Assembly: GCA_964016885.1 (NCBI GenBank)
Contig: OZ024755.1
Location: forward strand, 6,386,001-6,450,000
Length of the DNA stretch: 64,000 bases
DNA from: Eledone cirrhosa
Lineage: Eukaryota
Reading direction: 5' to 3'
In this document: positions 26,543 through 40,545 of the stretch, piece after piece
Numbering within the stretch: position 1 is the first letter of the stretch
Layout of the letters: the number at the start of each line of letters is the position of its first letter
Notes under the pieces: generated by a model
Seen by the model: only the letters and a program-made list of their open reading frames with translations
Database searches by the model: none
What the model was told of the DNA's origin: nothing
Made by a program: the position numbers and the translations under genes

Positions 26543-26575
<33 letters not shown>

Positions 26576-26990
26576 CAAGGATACAACACTTTGCCGGGAA
26601 TCGACCTCAAGACGTTCCGATCTAGAGCTTATCGCTCTTAGCAACCCTGCCGATCGCTTCACACAAAATTATATAAAAGAATCTTATTCGTTCGTTGGAA
26701 GTAATGGCTACAGAGGAGCATCAGTAATTTTAAATATGTAGTATCATGAGAAACTTGGTGCAGCATCAGAATTATCTTGTTTTGAACGTTGATGGAACGA
26801 ATATATATATAATTGATGTTTGATAATTTCATGTTTGCATATTATTACACTCTGTTGCTTGTATCATAGAGTGAAATAATTACCAAACAATAGCAAGACT
26901 CCATCAATAGTTTCTATATTTCTTTTGGATTCGCTTAGCTTCAATAATGAAATTCAATAAATACGTCGTTTATATCATTATTTTAAAGAT

Positions 26991-27177
26991 GGCGGTGAAT
27001 TGGCAGTATCGGTAGAGGATCGGACGCCATGCTTTGACGCATAGAGTTACGGCCCTTGCCATTCTGGGTTCAAATCCCGCCGAGGCTAACTTGGCCTTTC
27101 ATCCTTACGGGGTCGATAAAGTAAAGTACCAGTAATGAACTGGGTAATTTGCTGGCCTTGTGCCAAAAGTAGAAACA
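26991..27177 (+). mobile_element. SINE family 1, full length with TSD
   Basis: TSD attattttaaaga at 26977-26989 and 27178-27190. Confidence 0.95.
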
Positions 27178-27451
27178 ATTATTTTAAAGAACGATTTATG
27201 TCATTTGATGGTTCGCAATATTGATATGTTTTTAGTTGCTGTTCTTGATATCAAAATGGAGATCCTAATGTTATATATATATATATATATATGCTTATAT
27301 ATCATATATATATACATATATACATACATACACACAGACAATATATATATGCTCATATATATATACACACACAAACGCAATATATATATATACATGCACA
27401 CACCCACACAATATATATATGCTTATATATATATAAACATATACATGCATA

Positions 27452-27482
<31 letters not shown>

Positions 27483-28184
27483 ATATATACACACACAATA
27501 TATATATATGCTTATATATAAATACACATATACATGCATAATATATATATGCTTATATATATAATTATTTATATTTGCTGCTGCTTCTAATGATTTTGTT
27601 GGTATTACTATTGTTCACTTCGCCATTGTTGCTTTTGTTGTTAGTATAGAATTGTTGGCTGTAGTATGGTAGGAATCGTTGTTCAAACAGTTATTGTCAT
27701 TGATTGTATTTATGACGTAGTTGTTGTTGTCGTTGCTGTTGTTGTTGCTGTTGTCTATGGCCGTGACTGTTATTCAAGTTTTAGTTGTTTTACTTAATTT
27801 TGCCTTTGATAAAATGGCTGCCAATCTCCGTATCTATTGTATGGTGAGAGTCATTGTTGTTTTCGTCTTCATAAACTCGTCAGCAATGTCGCATTGTTTA
27901 TAATTAATAATACCATGACAGTGTTGTTTCAATAATGAGATCATTGTTGTCGATTTATATACATACAATGGACATTGTAATAGTAGTAGTAGTAGTAGTA
28001 GTAGTAGTAGCAGCGGTGGTGGTGGTCATGGTGGTGGTACTAGTGGTGCTGATGTTGGTGGTAAGATTGTCTTTAGTTGCTACTACTGTTATTGTTGTTG
28101 TTTAGCCGTCAGTTGGTATTGCCATGTCACGTGCCCTTAACTCCTTGTGGATTTCTAGAGGTGCTGTTGTATTATAAGTTATTT

Positions 28185-28385
28185 AAGGTTGCGAGCTGGA
28201 AATATTAGAACCTATGATAAATTGGTCGGTAGTATTTGTTTAAGCTCTTTCTATTTGAATGTTATATCTCGCTAGGGTCATCCCTCTCGGATCAATAGAA
28301 CTAAATAGTAAAATAGTATTGGAGTCGATGTAATCAACTTTCAAAAATTTCTGAGCTTGTGCCTAAATTACAAACCATTATTATT
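28185..28385 (+). mobile_element. Old SINE family 1 copy (long form)
   Basis: Tail gagtcgatgtaatcaact..gagcttgtgcctaaattacaaaccattatt. Confidence 0.55.
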
Positions 28386-30254
28386 CCAATTTATTACTAC
28401 TGTTGACATTCTTGTTATTTCATTATAGTAGCTGTTGTTGATATTCTAGCGTTAGGTTAAATAAATGTTTAATCAGAGACGAGAAGTGGTGGAAAAATGT
28501 AGAGTGGGAAATAATAAGAAATGCTGTTGACTGAAAGTGTCATGATAATATATACGTTTCTAAGAGGGGGAAATTCTGCAGCAAACGGTAGGGGTTGATT
28601 CTGACGTTAAGTGATGGGAAATGGGAAGAAAAAAACGTTTAATGGAGTTGAGAGTAAAAAAGAAAATTGCTGAACTATATCTAAAGACAGAGAGGAAAAC
28701 ATGTGGAGTGTGTGAGTGTGAGTGTATATACATGTGTGCAGGTGAATATATGTGTTTTTTAATGTGTGTTCGTGAGTGTGTGTGTGATGAATGATAAAAT
28801 GGAAGAGTGATAAATGACGGAAGGAAAGATAACGAAAGAAATAAAATGAAACAAAGTAAAGGGGAGCAAAACAAAGTCAAAGAAAGAAGGAAATATGTGA
28901 GGGGAGCAGATAAGAGATTGGTAAAGAATGCATACGTAGTAGGCCTAAAACATTCTGATGATCTTTCTTAATGACCTCTCATATACAATGTAACCAAAAG
29001 CTGCATCACAAGGGAACGTTTTCCCAACTTCACTACTAGAAAATTCTTCAGATCTTAAGAAATGCCGAGTTTTCTACAATTACAGTCGTTACTTATATTT
29101 TTGTAATGTTTACATATCATGGGAAATACCGGAGCTCTGCCCGTACACAAATATTTTAGGTCATATACAAAGACAGGGCATCTTTCTGAAGTTTTAATGT
29201 TTAATCTTCAGGTATTGCCGAATAAACTGCAAAATAATACACATATCAAGGTGATGGCTTTAGATATATTACGAATTTAAGGGACTCAGACAATGTGGAC
29301 TGGAACCATGAAAAGTAAAGATTCTTCCTCAAGAACACAACTCTTCCCTAGAAATAGGACTCACAAATATGAGTGGCACACTATACTCAATATGTCAGAC
29401 ACCCTCATACTGAACCTATTAACTTGTCAACGAACTGTTTGCTTTGATGGATTTAAGTATTCTTGTAATCGTTCTGTAATACAATAGTTGGACCGCCTTT
29501 ATTCTTTCTTCAAAATTAATCTAATTTGTCAAATAATTCATTTCACTTGAATAATAGCAAGCTAATTATATATTTGTTGTTTATTTTTCTGTATTCTGTC
29601 TCTATTAGTTACTTTTTTGTTGTTGTCAGTTCTGTATTTGTATATCTAACTTTACTTACATTTCATTCCTGCTGTGATGAACACATTTTCTAACTACAAC
29701 AGAGATAAACTATCTATTTATATTGTGATGTACCAGACGTATGAAGATCTTTTCTACTGGGAAACAACGAATACAAATGTATTTGGAATACACCAACTAA
29801 TTACTGTGTGAAACAACAAATAAATGAGAGTCTCTGTAATAAGTCATTATAACTGAGACAAAGATTATCGAATATATATATAATGGTGATTCCTGAAACA
29901 ATAACCTCAACGATGCAGTTGATATATCGTCATTCAGGTAGCTACAGATACCAGTTAAGTGGTCATCAAACAATGTGTGTGTACGTATGTATAAATATAT
30001 ATATATATGCACATAGTTAGATATTAATATATATATATCTATGTATATATATATACATACACACACATGTAGATAGATAGAAAGATATATATGTGAATAT
30101 GTATATATATGTTTATACATACGTACGTAGACACAGATGTCTATAGCCGGTATTTACTGAGACATACAGGTAAAGTGTGTACTTAACACCGCCTGGTACT
30201 AAAACACTATTACTAAAAGAATGGCTTCACACGTACTCTCAAACATATATATGT

Positions 30255-30375
30255 GTGTGTGCATGTGTATTATGTCTGTGTGCGTGTGTATTATGTCTGT
30301 GTGCGTGTGTATTATGTCTGTGTGCGTGTGTATTATGTCTGTGTGCGTGTGTATTATGTCTGTGTGCATGTGTAT
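30255..30375. repeat. 21-bp tandem repeat
   Basis: gtgtattatgtctgtgtgcgt, about five units. Confidence 0.9.
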
Positions 30376-30537
30376 ATTTAAACCACCATATCAGAGTTAC
30401 AGTTGTATAACCAGACGTTGGAAAATACGAAGTATCCGACACATCTGTCTCAACTTAATAAATCTTTTGACCTAAATAGTTAATCAAATATTGAATTTAT
30501 TTTTAACACCTGAAACTAACCGTGTAAGAAACAAATG

Positions 30538-30871
30538 CCTAAACATGACTATCTGTGAGAGAAGAGATGTTTGTCTGATGAAACTCCATTAAACACCTAA
30601 ACATGACTATCTGTGAGAGAAGAGATGTTTGTCTGATGAAACTCCATTAAACACCTAAACATGACTATCTGTGAGAGAAGAGATGTCTGGTGAAACTCCA
30701 TTAAACACCTAAACATGACTATCTGTGAGAGAAGAGATGTCTGGTGAAACTCCATTAAACACCTAAACATGACTATCTGTGATAGAAGAGATGTCTGGTG
30801 AAACTCCATTAAACACCTAAACATGACTATCTGTGAGAGAAGAGCTGTCTGGTGAAACTCCATTAAACACC
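30538..30871. repeat. 54/58-bp minisatellite, six units
   Basis: cctaaacatgactatctgtgagagaagagatgtctggtgaaactccattaaaca. Confidence 0.95.
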
Positions 30872-31656
30872 ACTGCCAAATCCTGATTCAACATATATTA
30901 AGTAACGTAAAACCGTAGCGTTATGGGAAAGGTTATTTGATCATTGCAGGACACTGAGTGAGGGTGAGAGAGTGAGGGTGAGAGAGTGAGGGTGAGTGAG
31001 GGTGAGAGAGTGCGGGTGAGTGAGGATGAGAGAGTGAGGGGGAGTGAGGGGGAGTGAGGATGAGAGAGTGAGGGTGAGAGAGGGTGAGAGAGTGTGAGTG
31101 AGTGAGTGAGGGTGAGAGGATGAATATGAGTGAGTGAGTGAGTGAGTGAGTGAGTGAGTGAGTGAGTGAGTGAGTGAGAGAATGTGTAAAAGTGTGTGTG
31201 TGTGTGTGTGTGTGAGAGAGTGAATGAGTGAATGAGTGAGTGAATGAGTGAATGAGTGTGTGAATGAATGTGAGTGTGTATGTTTTGGACCTCCATCAAT
31301 TGGTTCAGATTTTCCAACAACGACATACTCATTAAATCTCCATCGAGGGGTCGACATTTTCTTTTATTCTTCCAAGATCAATAAAATAGACACGTTGTCT
31401 CGACTTACGCATTCCTTTTTGATCTACAGCGCTAAGCAATATACTAATATTACTATTTCTACTTTAATAACAGAGCTTAATGGGAATGGCTGAGACAGTA
31501 AAACTGCAGGTTAAATGCATTATAGTACCATATATCGATTATTTGTGTTCTGATTTGAATTATGGCGGAGCAACACATCAGTTTATATTGATTGGCCTTA
31601 TTTAATCATCTGTGCATGGCATGAAATCTATATTTTCAGTACACACCTCTCAAGTT

Positions 31657-31805
31657 GGGCGGCGAATTGGTTAATTCGTTAGACCGTTGGATAAAACTCT
31701 TTGCAATATTCGTCACGAGTCATGTACACCAGGTTCAAATCTCACCGAAGTTGACTGTCTTTTATCGATTTAAGGTCGATAAATGAAGTTCCAGTCAAAT
31801 AATGA
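31657..31805 (+). mobile_element. Old SINE family 1 copy
   Basis: ggcggcgaattgg..ggttcaaatctcaccgaagttgact..ggtcgataaat. Confidence 0.65.
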
Positions 31806-32367
31806 GGACAATTATTCCTCCGTCTTCGCTCTCTTTTTCTCTCACTCCTCGCACTTTCTCAAGAAGAAATCTGAAGTTTTCAAACTTATTTAAACCTGGA
31901 GATTGGTGGTCTCCGCCAAGAAACTCCGTATGTTAGGACGGCGCCACTAGGACTCCACAGAGTTAAGGGTGGTTAGACCAACATCACAGCTAGCTATAGT
32001 AAGCCATGTGTAGATAGTTTCTATACAAAAATGAATAGGTTGTCTCTTCAGTGACTTCTGTGATAATCTGCTTCGTCTACAGCGAGGAAAATATTGTGCT
32101 GAATAACCAAGATATACGACTATCGATCTACACCTGTGTATCGATGAGATTGGGTTGGACGAGTGTTTCAGTTGTTTGAACAACGGATCAGCCAGATCCT
32201 GAAATTAACATGCAAGTGGATAACTAATCCACAGACATTAGAACCGTTAATGTAATTCTCTCAGAGAGATTTAGTGTGGGGTGTGTCTGGCTCTAAATGA
32301 ACTGACGTTGACATGACGTCTTGAGCCGAAAATGTTTACCACTAAGCCACGCGCAAACACATGCAGC

Positions 32368-32402
<35 letters not shown>

Positions 32403-33744
32403 TGAGGTCGTTGTTAAAGTCATGAAATAATTACTTGGCCTAAAGGCTTCATTTAATCAACGTTTAAGGCGTAAATGTACGCATGACTTGATAAGGAAAT
32501 TAAATTTCCAGTTCGGACGTTAATGTCCAGTCGTAAAACATTAAATACGCCACCAGCATTTACACTAAACCTGGTAGGCTTTGCGTTATATAGTATCGAT
32601 AATCACTTTAGATATAACATTTCACTCATAAAATAATTCCTTTCAAGAGCATATTATATGAACCCCAACTAGTTATTAATACTTGCAGAAATTACTAGAG
32701 TAACATGAATTTCAATTAATAATCCTTAAACTAACGCCCTTGCATTTAATGTCGTAACACGATTTAATCATAAACTAATATTATACAGTGAACTCCAAGT
32801 AAACAAAATATACCATATTAAATATAATAGGAAAAGCAGCTGCAAACATCGCCATAATATTTAATTTGAAAGATATTCCAATGTCATCATCAAATAGAAT
32901 ATCTACTTCGTGAAAGACAATAACCTAAAACCCATTATATGATGGAAACAATAAATTAGAAGATCTTCTCTTCTCAGAAATAATGTCATAAAAAGATGCA
33001 AAACAAAGATACAAACTTTACATGAGACTTCAGGAAAAATTAACTAATATGATCTAGAGCTTGTCATCAAATAGACAAATAACTAGAATACCGCTATTAT
33101 TAGCTTCAGACTATCAGAGTAAATATAATGACTACGCCATCTGGGTTTCTATTTTTGTGTGTATATATATATATATGAGGGAGAGAGAGAGACCTCAATT
33201 TCTTAGAGTGGCCGAAGGCAATTTTTTTTTTCTATCTGTTAAGGATGTTGACCCTATTTTATAAGCTCTTATAGCATTTCTGAGATTGAGCACTTTCTTC
33301 ACACACACACACACTGAACATTTTAGCTTAGACAAAATATTAAAATATCTGTTCCAAGTATGTGTGGTCCATTTCCTGAGCCTTCCATAGACACGTGTAC
33401 CCTTAGCGTAATTCTCAGGAAGTTTCAGGGTAGCACATAGTGGTGTGGTGTAGCAATGGTGTAATGTAGTAATGTGATCTAGTGTAAAGGTGTGTAGGGT
33501 AGTGGTGTGGTGCAGTGTATGTAGTAGCATGATGTATGTAGTGTAGTGGTCTGTTGTAATGGTGTAGTGGTGTGTTGTAATGGTGTGTAGAGTAGTGGTG
33601 TGTTGTAATGGTGTGTAGGGTAGTGGTGTCATATAGTGTTATGTTTTGTAAGGGTGTGATAGTATAGTATGTATGCATGTATGTGTGAATGTGTGCGTTA
33701 TAAATGTATTGTGTACATATGCGGTATAGATATTTCTAGCAATT

Positions 33745-34590
33745 GTGTGCTGTAGAGGTGTACTGTAGAGGTGTGCTGTAGAGGTGTGCTGTAGAGGTGT
33801 GCTGTAGAGGTGTGCTGTAGAGGTGTGCTGTAGAGGTGTGCTGTAGAGGTGTGCTGTAGAGGTGTGCTGTAGAGGTGTGCTGTAGAGGTGTGCTGTAGAG
33901 GTGTGCTGCAGAGGTGTGCTGCAGAGGTGTGCTGCAGAAGTGTGCTGTAGAAGTGTGCTGTAGAAGTGTGCTGTAGAAGTGTGCTGTAGAAGTGTGCTGT
34001 AGAAGTGTGCTGTAGAGGTGTGCTGTAGAAGTGTGCTGTAGAGGTGTGCTGTAGAGGTGTGCTGTAGAGGTGTGCTGTAGAGGTGTGCTGTAGAAGTGTG
34101 CTGTAGAGGTGTGCTGTAGAGGTGTGCTGTAGAGGTGTGCTGTAGATGTGTGCTGTAGATGTGTGCTGTAGATGTGTGCTGTAGATGTGTGCTGTAGATG
34201 TGTGCTGTAGATGTGTGCTGTAGATGTGTGCTGTAGATGTGTGCTGTAGATGTGTGCTGTAGATGTGTGCTGTAGATGTGTGCTGTAGATGTGTGCTATA
34301 GAAGTGTGCTATAGAAGAGGTGTGCTATAGAAGAGGTGTGCTATAGAAGAGGTGTGCTATAGAAGAGGTGTGCTATAGAAGAGGTGTGCTGCAGAGGTGT
34401 GCTATAGAAGAGGTGTGCTGCAGATGTGTGCTACAGATGTGTGCTACAGATGTGTGCTACAGATGTGTGCTACAGATGTGTGCTGTAGAAGTGTGCTGTA
34501 GAAGTGTGCTGTAGATGTGTGCTGTAGATGTGTGCTGTAGGCGTATAGGGGTGTAGATGTGTGCTGTAGATGTGTAGTGTAGGCGTATAA
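33745..34590. repeat. 12-bp minisatellite (tgtgctgtagaN), ~65 units
   Basis: Direct reading; variants occur in blocks. Confidence 0.97.
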
Positions 34591-34899
34591 TGGTGTTAAG
34601 GAGAGAGAAAAAACCCAAGAAGAAAATGATATACAAATAGGAAACAACCGAAAATACACATCAAAAACATGGCAAAAAATAACTGCTAAAGCAACTGTTT
34701 AGCTAATTATATTGATGTTAGCCTGAATTTCTCGTTTACATTTCTTTGATGGTTCTCGAAAGAGTTAAATATATACAAGCGCTTGTGTACGCATATAGAC
34801 ACGCACATACATTCATACTTGCACACAATACACACACGGACAGATAATACACGCAAACACTCGCACATAAACACACGCACACACGTGCACATATACATA

Positions 34900-34920
34900 C
34901 ATACATACATATACATATAC

Positions 34921-34951
<31 letters not shown>

Positions 34952-35766
34952 TATATAAACACATTTATATATATATATGTTTATATATATATATATATTT
35001 ATATATATGTTTATATATATTTATATATATATATATTTATATATATATATTTATATATATATATATTTATATATATGTTTATATATATTTATATATATAT
35101 TTATATATATATGTTTATATATATTTATATATATATTTATATATATATATTTATATATATGTTTATATATATTTATATATATGTTTATATATATTTATAT
35201 ATATATTTATATATATATTTATATATATATATATGTTTATATATATATATGTTTTTATATATATATATGTTTATATATATATGTTTATATATATATGTTT
35301 ATATATATATGTTTATATATATGTATATATATATTATATGTATATATATATATATTTATTATATGTATATATCTATATATATATATTTATTAGATGTATA
35401 TATATATATATTTATTATATGTATATATATATATATTTTTTTTATATGTATATATATATATATTTTTTTTATATGTATATATATATATATTTTTTTTATA
35501 TGTATATATATATATATATATTTATTATATGTATATATATATTTATGTGTTATATGTATATATATATATGTGTATATATATATGTATATATGTATATGTA
35601 TATATATATGTGTATATATGTATATATATGTATATGTATATATGTATATATATATGTGTATATATGTATATATATATATGTATATATATATGTGTATATA
35701 TATGTGTATATATATATGTGTATATATATGTATATATATGTGTATATATATATATATGCGCGTGTG

Positions 35767-35800
<34 letters not shown>
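34900..35800. repeat. Long degenerate (TA)n tract
   Basis: Direct reading; source of YIYI ORFs. Confidence 0.95.
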
Positions 35801-35804
<4 letters not shown>

Positions 35805-37633
35805 TGCGAGTGTGTGTACATTGTTAATATGATTTATATTGATAGATGCTAAACTTCATTGATCGTCTTCTCACGTTCAGCCGATTTTATCTGGAACATT
35901 CGTGAAGAAATCACATATTTTAACGCTCTCTCTTTTTCTTTCCACATATATTTTTCTATTTTTTCACTTTCCTTCATTTCAATTTATTTCTGAATTCATT
36001 TTTCTTATTGTTTTGCTGAGTTTTCTTCTATAATCAAGCTCCACAACTTAGTCGAGTTGTGTTTTCTTTTAATTTTTTGTAAGAATAGTTCTTTTAATAG
36101 TGTATTGCTCTGCCATTTATTGGCTTTTGACTTTGTTTCGTTTCACAGTTTATTTCATTTGTTTATCACTTTCAAAGAGCAGGAATAACACCAACCTTCA
36201 CCTCACTCACTAGATCTATTACATATAATCTACATTTCAGTGATGTCAGTGTAGCCTAGCCATTAAGGCATCAGCCAGCTTCTCAGCTCAAAATACTAAA
36301 TGCACTGTCGATAAATTTACATTTATAGAATTATGTGTCCCCATTTTAACTCGCAATGTCCTGTAAAGCATGAAGTTGCACTAGGAAAATATTCTTTAAA
36401 AGTACAAAATATTACTCTGCTTGCATCACATTAAAAAATACCTTTCTTTATAATTATACAGCAAAATGTCTCAACTGTCTGTCATTGCCTTTCCCTTGGA
36501 CAATATCGGTGGCGTTAAGAAACTAGACGAGCATGCATGGGCGACTGCTGGTCTTCGACAAAAATCACCTTGCCCAGGCTTGTGCCTCGGAGAACTTTCT
36601 AGATACAAAATCATGGTTATTTGTGACCGACAGGAGGCTACGATACGATATCCACCCTTTCTATTTCTACTTGGATATATATGTAGTAGCTATATTTTAA
36701 TTTCTTGTATCTTTTAAATAATTCCATTATTAAATAGCTCCATTATATATGCATGTATATATATATACATACGTATATGTATATATGTATATATGCATAT
36801 ATGAATGTTTGTATATATATACATACGTATATGTATATATGCATATATGAATGTATGTATATATACATATGTATATGTATATATGCATATATGAATGTAT
36901 GTATATATACATATGTATATATGCATACATATATATATTTATGTATATATGTATATATGAATGTATGTATATATACATATATATATTTATGCATATATGT
37001 ATATATATATGTATATATGAATGTATGTATATATACATATATATATTTATGCATATATGTATATATGCATATATGTATATATGTATATATGCATATATGT
37101 ATATATGTATATATGCATATATGTATCGCTGTTTGTATGTTTTGATATAGATATATATCAGAATTTCGAAATTGATATTTTCGGAACTGAATTTTAACGA
37201 AGAATACAAATTATGAAATGTATGCTGGAGATTGCTTTTGGATAAATTCCATATTGTATTTCCCACGGTTGCAGAATAATTGCTTCGTGCATGTAAAAGA
37301 GACATTGCTAGAATAATTACAACTAGAAATCGTATTAAAATCTCTGAAAAGCTTTCGATAAAATTATCACCAGGCAACACAATGTCGACCCAGAACATAT
37401 TTACACACTAACATTTATCTGTCCATAACTCTGCCTGGGATATTCTATCGATCTCTGATTTCGAACAGCTAGATCCAGGATATAAACAACAACATAATTA
37501 CAGCTGTGGACACACAGAGCACCCTCAGGTACAGACCCCCACACAAACACTCATCCTGTCATATACAAGCATTGAGTACTCCCATGAGTAGTGATCTCCT
37601 CGGTCCGGTCCCAGCACCGCAGACTATCTCTGT

Positions 37634-37661
<28 letters not shown>

Positions 37662-37665
<4 letters not shown>

Positions 37666-38091
37666 GTAGGAGGTGAGTTTTATTGTAGTACAATAAAGCA
37701 ATGCAGATATCGGATAAGTAGCACTCTACAGTTTGTAGGACTGGAGTATAAATAATATAAGGTCAAAAGATGGTTAAAAGAGTTCATGTATTTCATGCGC
37801 ATTTCAAAAACAAATATCATCATGAGATGACATTTGGGTTTTCGTCAGATAAAATAGGGAGACACGATATGAAGGTTAAAAAGCACTTGTGAATAGTGCA
37901 GTTTTAAATTAACATATCATGATATGTTGATTTAAAACTGCACTATTCACAAGTGTTTTTTAACCTTCATATCAGGTCTCCCTATTTTATCTGACGAAAA
38001 CGCAAATGTCATCTCATGATGACATTTGTTTTTGAAATGCGCATAATAAAATACATGGAACTCTTTTAACCATCTTTTGATCTTATATTAT
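37662..38091. mobile_element. Fold-back element family H5: tail plus ~340-bp spacerless palindrome with hammerheads
   Basis: Arms 37752-37919 / 37920-38091, centre ca|tg; TA tracts on both sides. Confidence 0.85.
37983..38053 (+). ncRNA. Type I hammerhead ribozyme with palindromic stem III (Penelope-like type)
   Basis: Stem I tattttat/ataaaata; CTGACGA 37991-37997; stem II caaatgtcatc-tcat-gatgacatttg; GAAA 38034-38037; stem III ATGCGCAT; predicted AUA cleavage after 38045. Confidence 0.85.
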
Positions 38092-38322
38092 ATATATGTA
38101 TGTATCCGACGTGCTTCTGCACAGTCTCCATAATGTAAGATTTCAGGCAAGTGTAGTATAAGTAGCAAGTATACAGACCATCTCTGTGGTATTCGTTCCA
38201 GCTCACTGCTCTCTGACTTCAAATCGTACCGAAGTCAACTTTAACTTTCGTCCTTTGGAATACCAGTCCAGTATCTGGTTCAGAATTTCCTCTGAATCAC
38301 TTTCTCATTACCTTTCTACCAT

Positions 38323-38463
38323 TGAGTTCAAATCCCGCCCAGGTTAGCTTTGCCTTCCACCCTTACGTGGTCGATAAATAAAGCACCACTAATACACTGG
38401 GGTCGATTTAATCGACTTTCCTCTCTCCTTCAAACTGCTGGCCTTGCGCTTAAAGTAGAAACA
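38323..38463 (+). mobile_element. SINE family 1, 5'-truncated long form
   Basis: Has the extra ggtcgatttaatcgact..ccttcaaa segment; flanked by attac.tttctacca repeats. Confidence 0.85.
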
Positions 38464-39448
38464 ATTACTTTTCTACCACTATCGTTCTATTCTCCTGCAA
38501 CAAATTGACTGTGTTCAGGCCTAGAAAAGAGGGGTTACACCAGGTTTTAAAAAGCATTGTATGTCATTACGGCTCACCTACGATTCCAACAGGGGTTATG
38601 GGTTAAAAAAAGTAGAAGAATTTATAGTAGGAATACACTCCAGTTCTGAAATTTTGTGATTGAAAATAGCAACTTCTTTCCTCTGCTAGTAGGGCTATAA
38701 AGATGTTATTTAAAGTCAGTTTTCATTCATTTTTACTGAATGATAGGCAAACCACTTATCGATGTATTGTGGATTAACTACATCAAATGTACCTTCCATT
38801 TCTGTAAAGTGTCTTTCCATTTGACAAACTGATTCACACAAAAACACGCACACTCACACACGAATGAGTTTGAATGCAGAAACCAGAAATATATATTCTG
38901 AAATCAGACAAGTAGTTTGAAAATATATATATGCATGGTAAAGATGTTTGTGTTGGAGTAGGTATGTGTTTGTGTGCATACTTATGTGTGGAGATATATA
39001 TGTATGTATGTATGTATGTATATATATATATATGTATGCATGTATATATATGTATGCATGTGTGCGTGTGCGTGTGTGTGTGCGTGTGCGTATGTACGTA
39101 CGTGCGTACGTGCGTGCGTGCGTGCGTGCATGTGTGTATGTGTGTATGTGTGTGTGCGTGCGTGCGCCTACATGTCTGAGTTTGCAAGCGTTTCTCTGTA
39201 TGGAGTCCACGATATTCTATATTTTAAATAACGCAAAAAACAAAACAAAACTAAAGGATTCACGAAAAGAAATATATTGAGAAATGAAGGTAACGAAAAG
39301 AAAGCAGCCCGGTCCATTTATGCATGGTGTGGCAATTATCAAATTGGGGGGGGGGGGGGCAATCTCATTGTGCAGTGGCACAGTTGTGTGTCGACCCAAG
39401 CTTATGTGTGAAATACGTTAAACAGAAATTTCCCAGAAAATGAGTCAT

Positions 39449-39592
39449 ATCTATCTATCTATCTATCTATCTAGGGCGGGTAAAATTCCCGAGATCCATA
39501 GACGAATTCTCTCCATCGGTCTCTGTCCCTTATCATTGCTGCCATGCCATGCGTCTCCAAGAGACCGGTGTCTGTTCTTAGGGCATCAATAT
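39449..39592 (-). mobile_element. RTE-type LINE 3' end with (TAGA)n tail
   Basis: Matches 58187-58307. Confidence 0.85.
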
Positions 39593-39618
39593 AAGTATAT
39601 ATATAATGAGAGTACCCG

Positions 39619-39672
<54 letters not shown>

Positions 39673-39677
39673 GAGTA

Positions 39678-39715
<38 letters not shown>

Positions 39716-40299
39716 AAAAAACTGAAAAGAGGACGCACAGACAGAGACACTCACATCCCTATTGGTAGCAGGTCGAGCGATTAAACTGAATCCACTAAGT
39801 TTCTTAGGTGCGAAGTTATGTGCTCTGTTACATACTTCAACACGTTTCAATACTCTGTTGGATATAAAAGAACAAAGATTAAGAATGTTTGTAAGAAAGT
39901 ACCTCGGTATATTACATAATACCCTACCTAAGTCCACAGCCGCAGAAGAATAACAAAATGGAAACAAATAGAAAAGAAAAACAGTAGAGAAAAAAATATC
40001 CGAAACCTTGGAAGAAACAATTTGTAAGTCAATGAATGTGTTTATGTATTGTGAAAGCATATCACTTTCTTTCCTCCCGAACAGTATAAACAAACACCAT
40101 CGCCTTATCACCTCCTATAAAACCTGAAACATCACCTCACTATCAATATGATTATCCATTCCAACACCACTTTAGATTCGTTAGTAATAAAACCCCACAT
40201 CCACCTTCATTACCACTACCATCTAAATACAACAAATATCAGTATATAACGTGTTGCTTCTGTTGTTTTTCAGCCTCGACGCAGACTTACATTTATTCT

Positions 40300-40545
40300 A
40301 ACAACGGAACAGCCTGCGCAGAAAATGAATCTGCAAGTGTTTGAGAATTCCACAGACATAAGAATCTTTAAACGGAGTTCAAAGAGAAATTCAGCATGAC
40401 GTGACTGATCCTTTTGTACAACTGATTTTTGCTAGCTGAGTTGACTGGATCAACGTGAAATAAATGTATTACGTAAAGCCTAGCCTGGAATCGAAATCAC
40501 GACCTATCCATTATGAGGTGAAGACCTAATCACAAAGCCATCACA
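40300..40545 (-). mobile_element. SINE family 2 variant, diverged
   Basis: ggaacagcctgcgc..gctagctgagttgactggatcaacgtgaaataaatgt..ggaatcgaa. Confidence 0.6.

Noticed and set aside
29010-29056. Minus-strand CTGAAGA...GAAAACGTTC hammerhead-like motif
   Set aside because: No stem I pairing and stem II is out of register
30538-30871. ctgatgaaac in tandem units as a satellite hammerhead
   Set aside because: CUGAUGA and GAAA overlap with no stem II; most units read ctggtga
34783-35852. Long [12 protein letters not shown] ORFs here and throughout the window
   Set aside because: Translations of dinucleotide microsatellites
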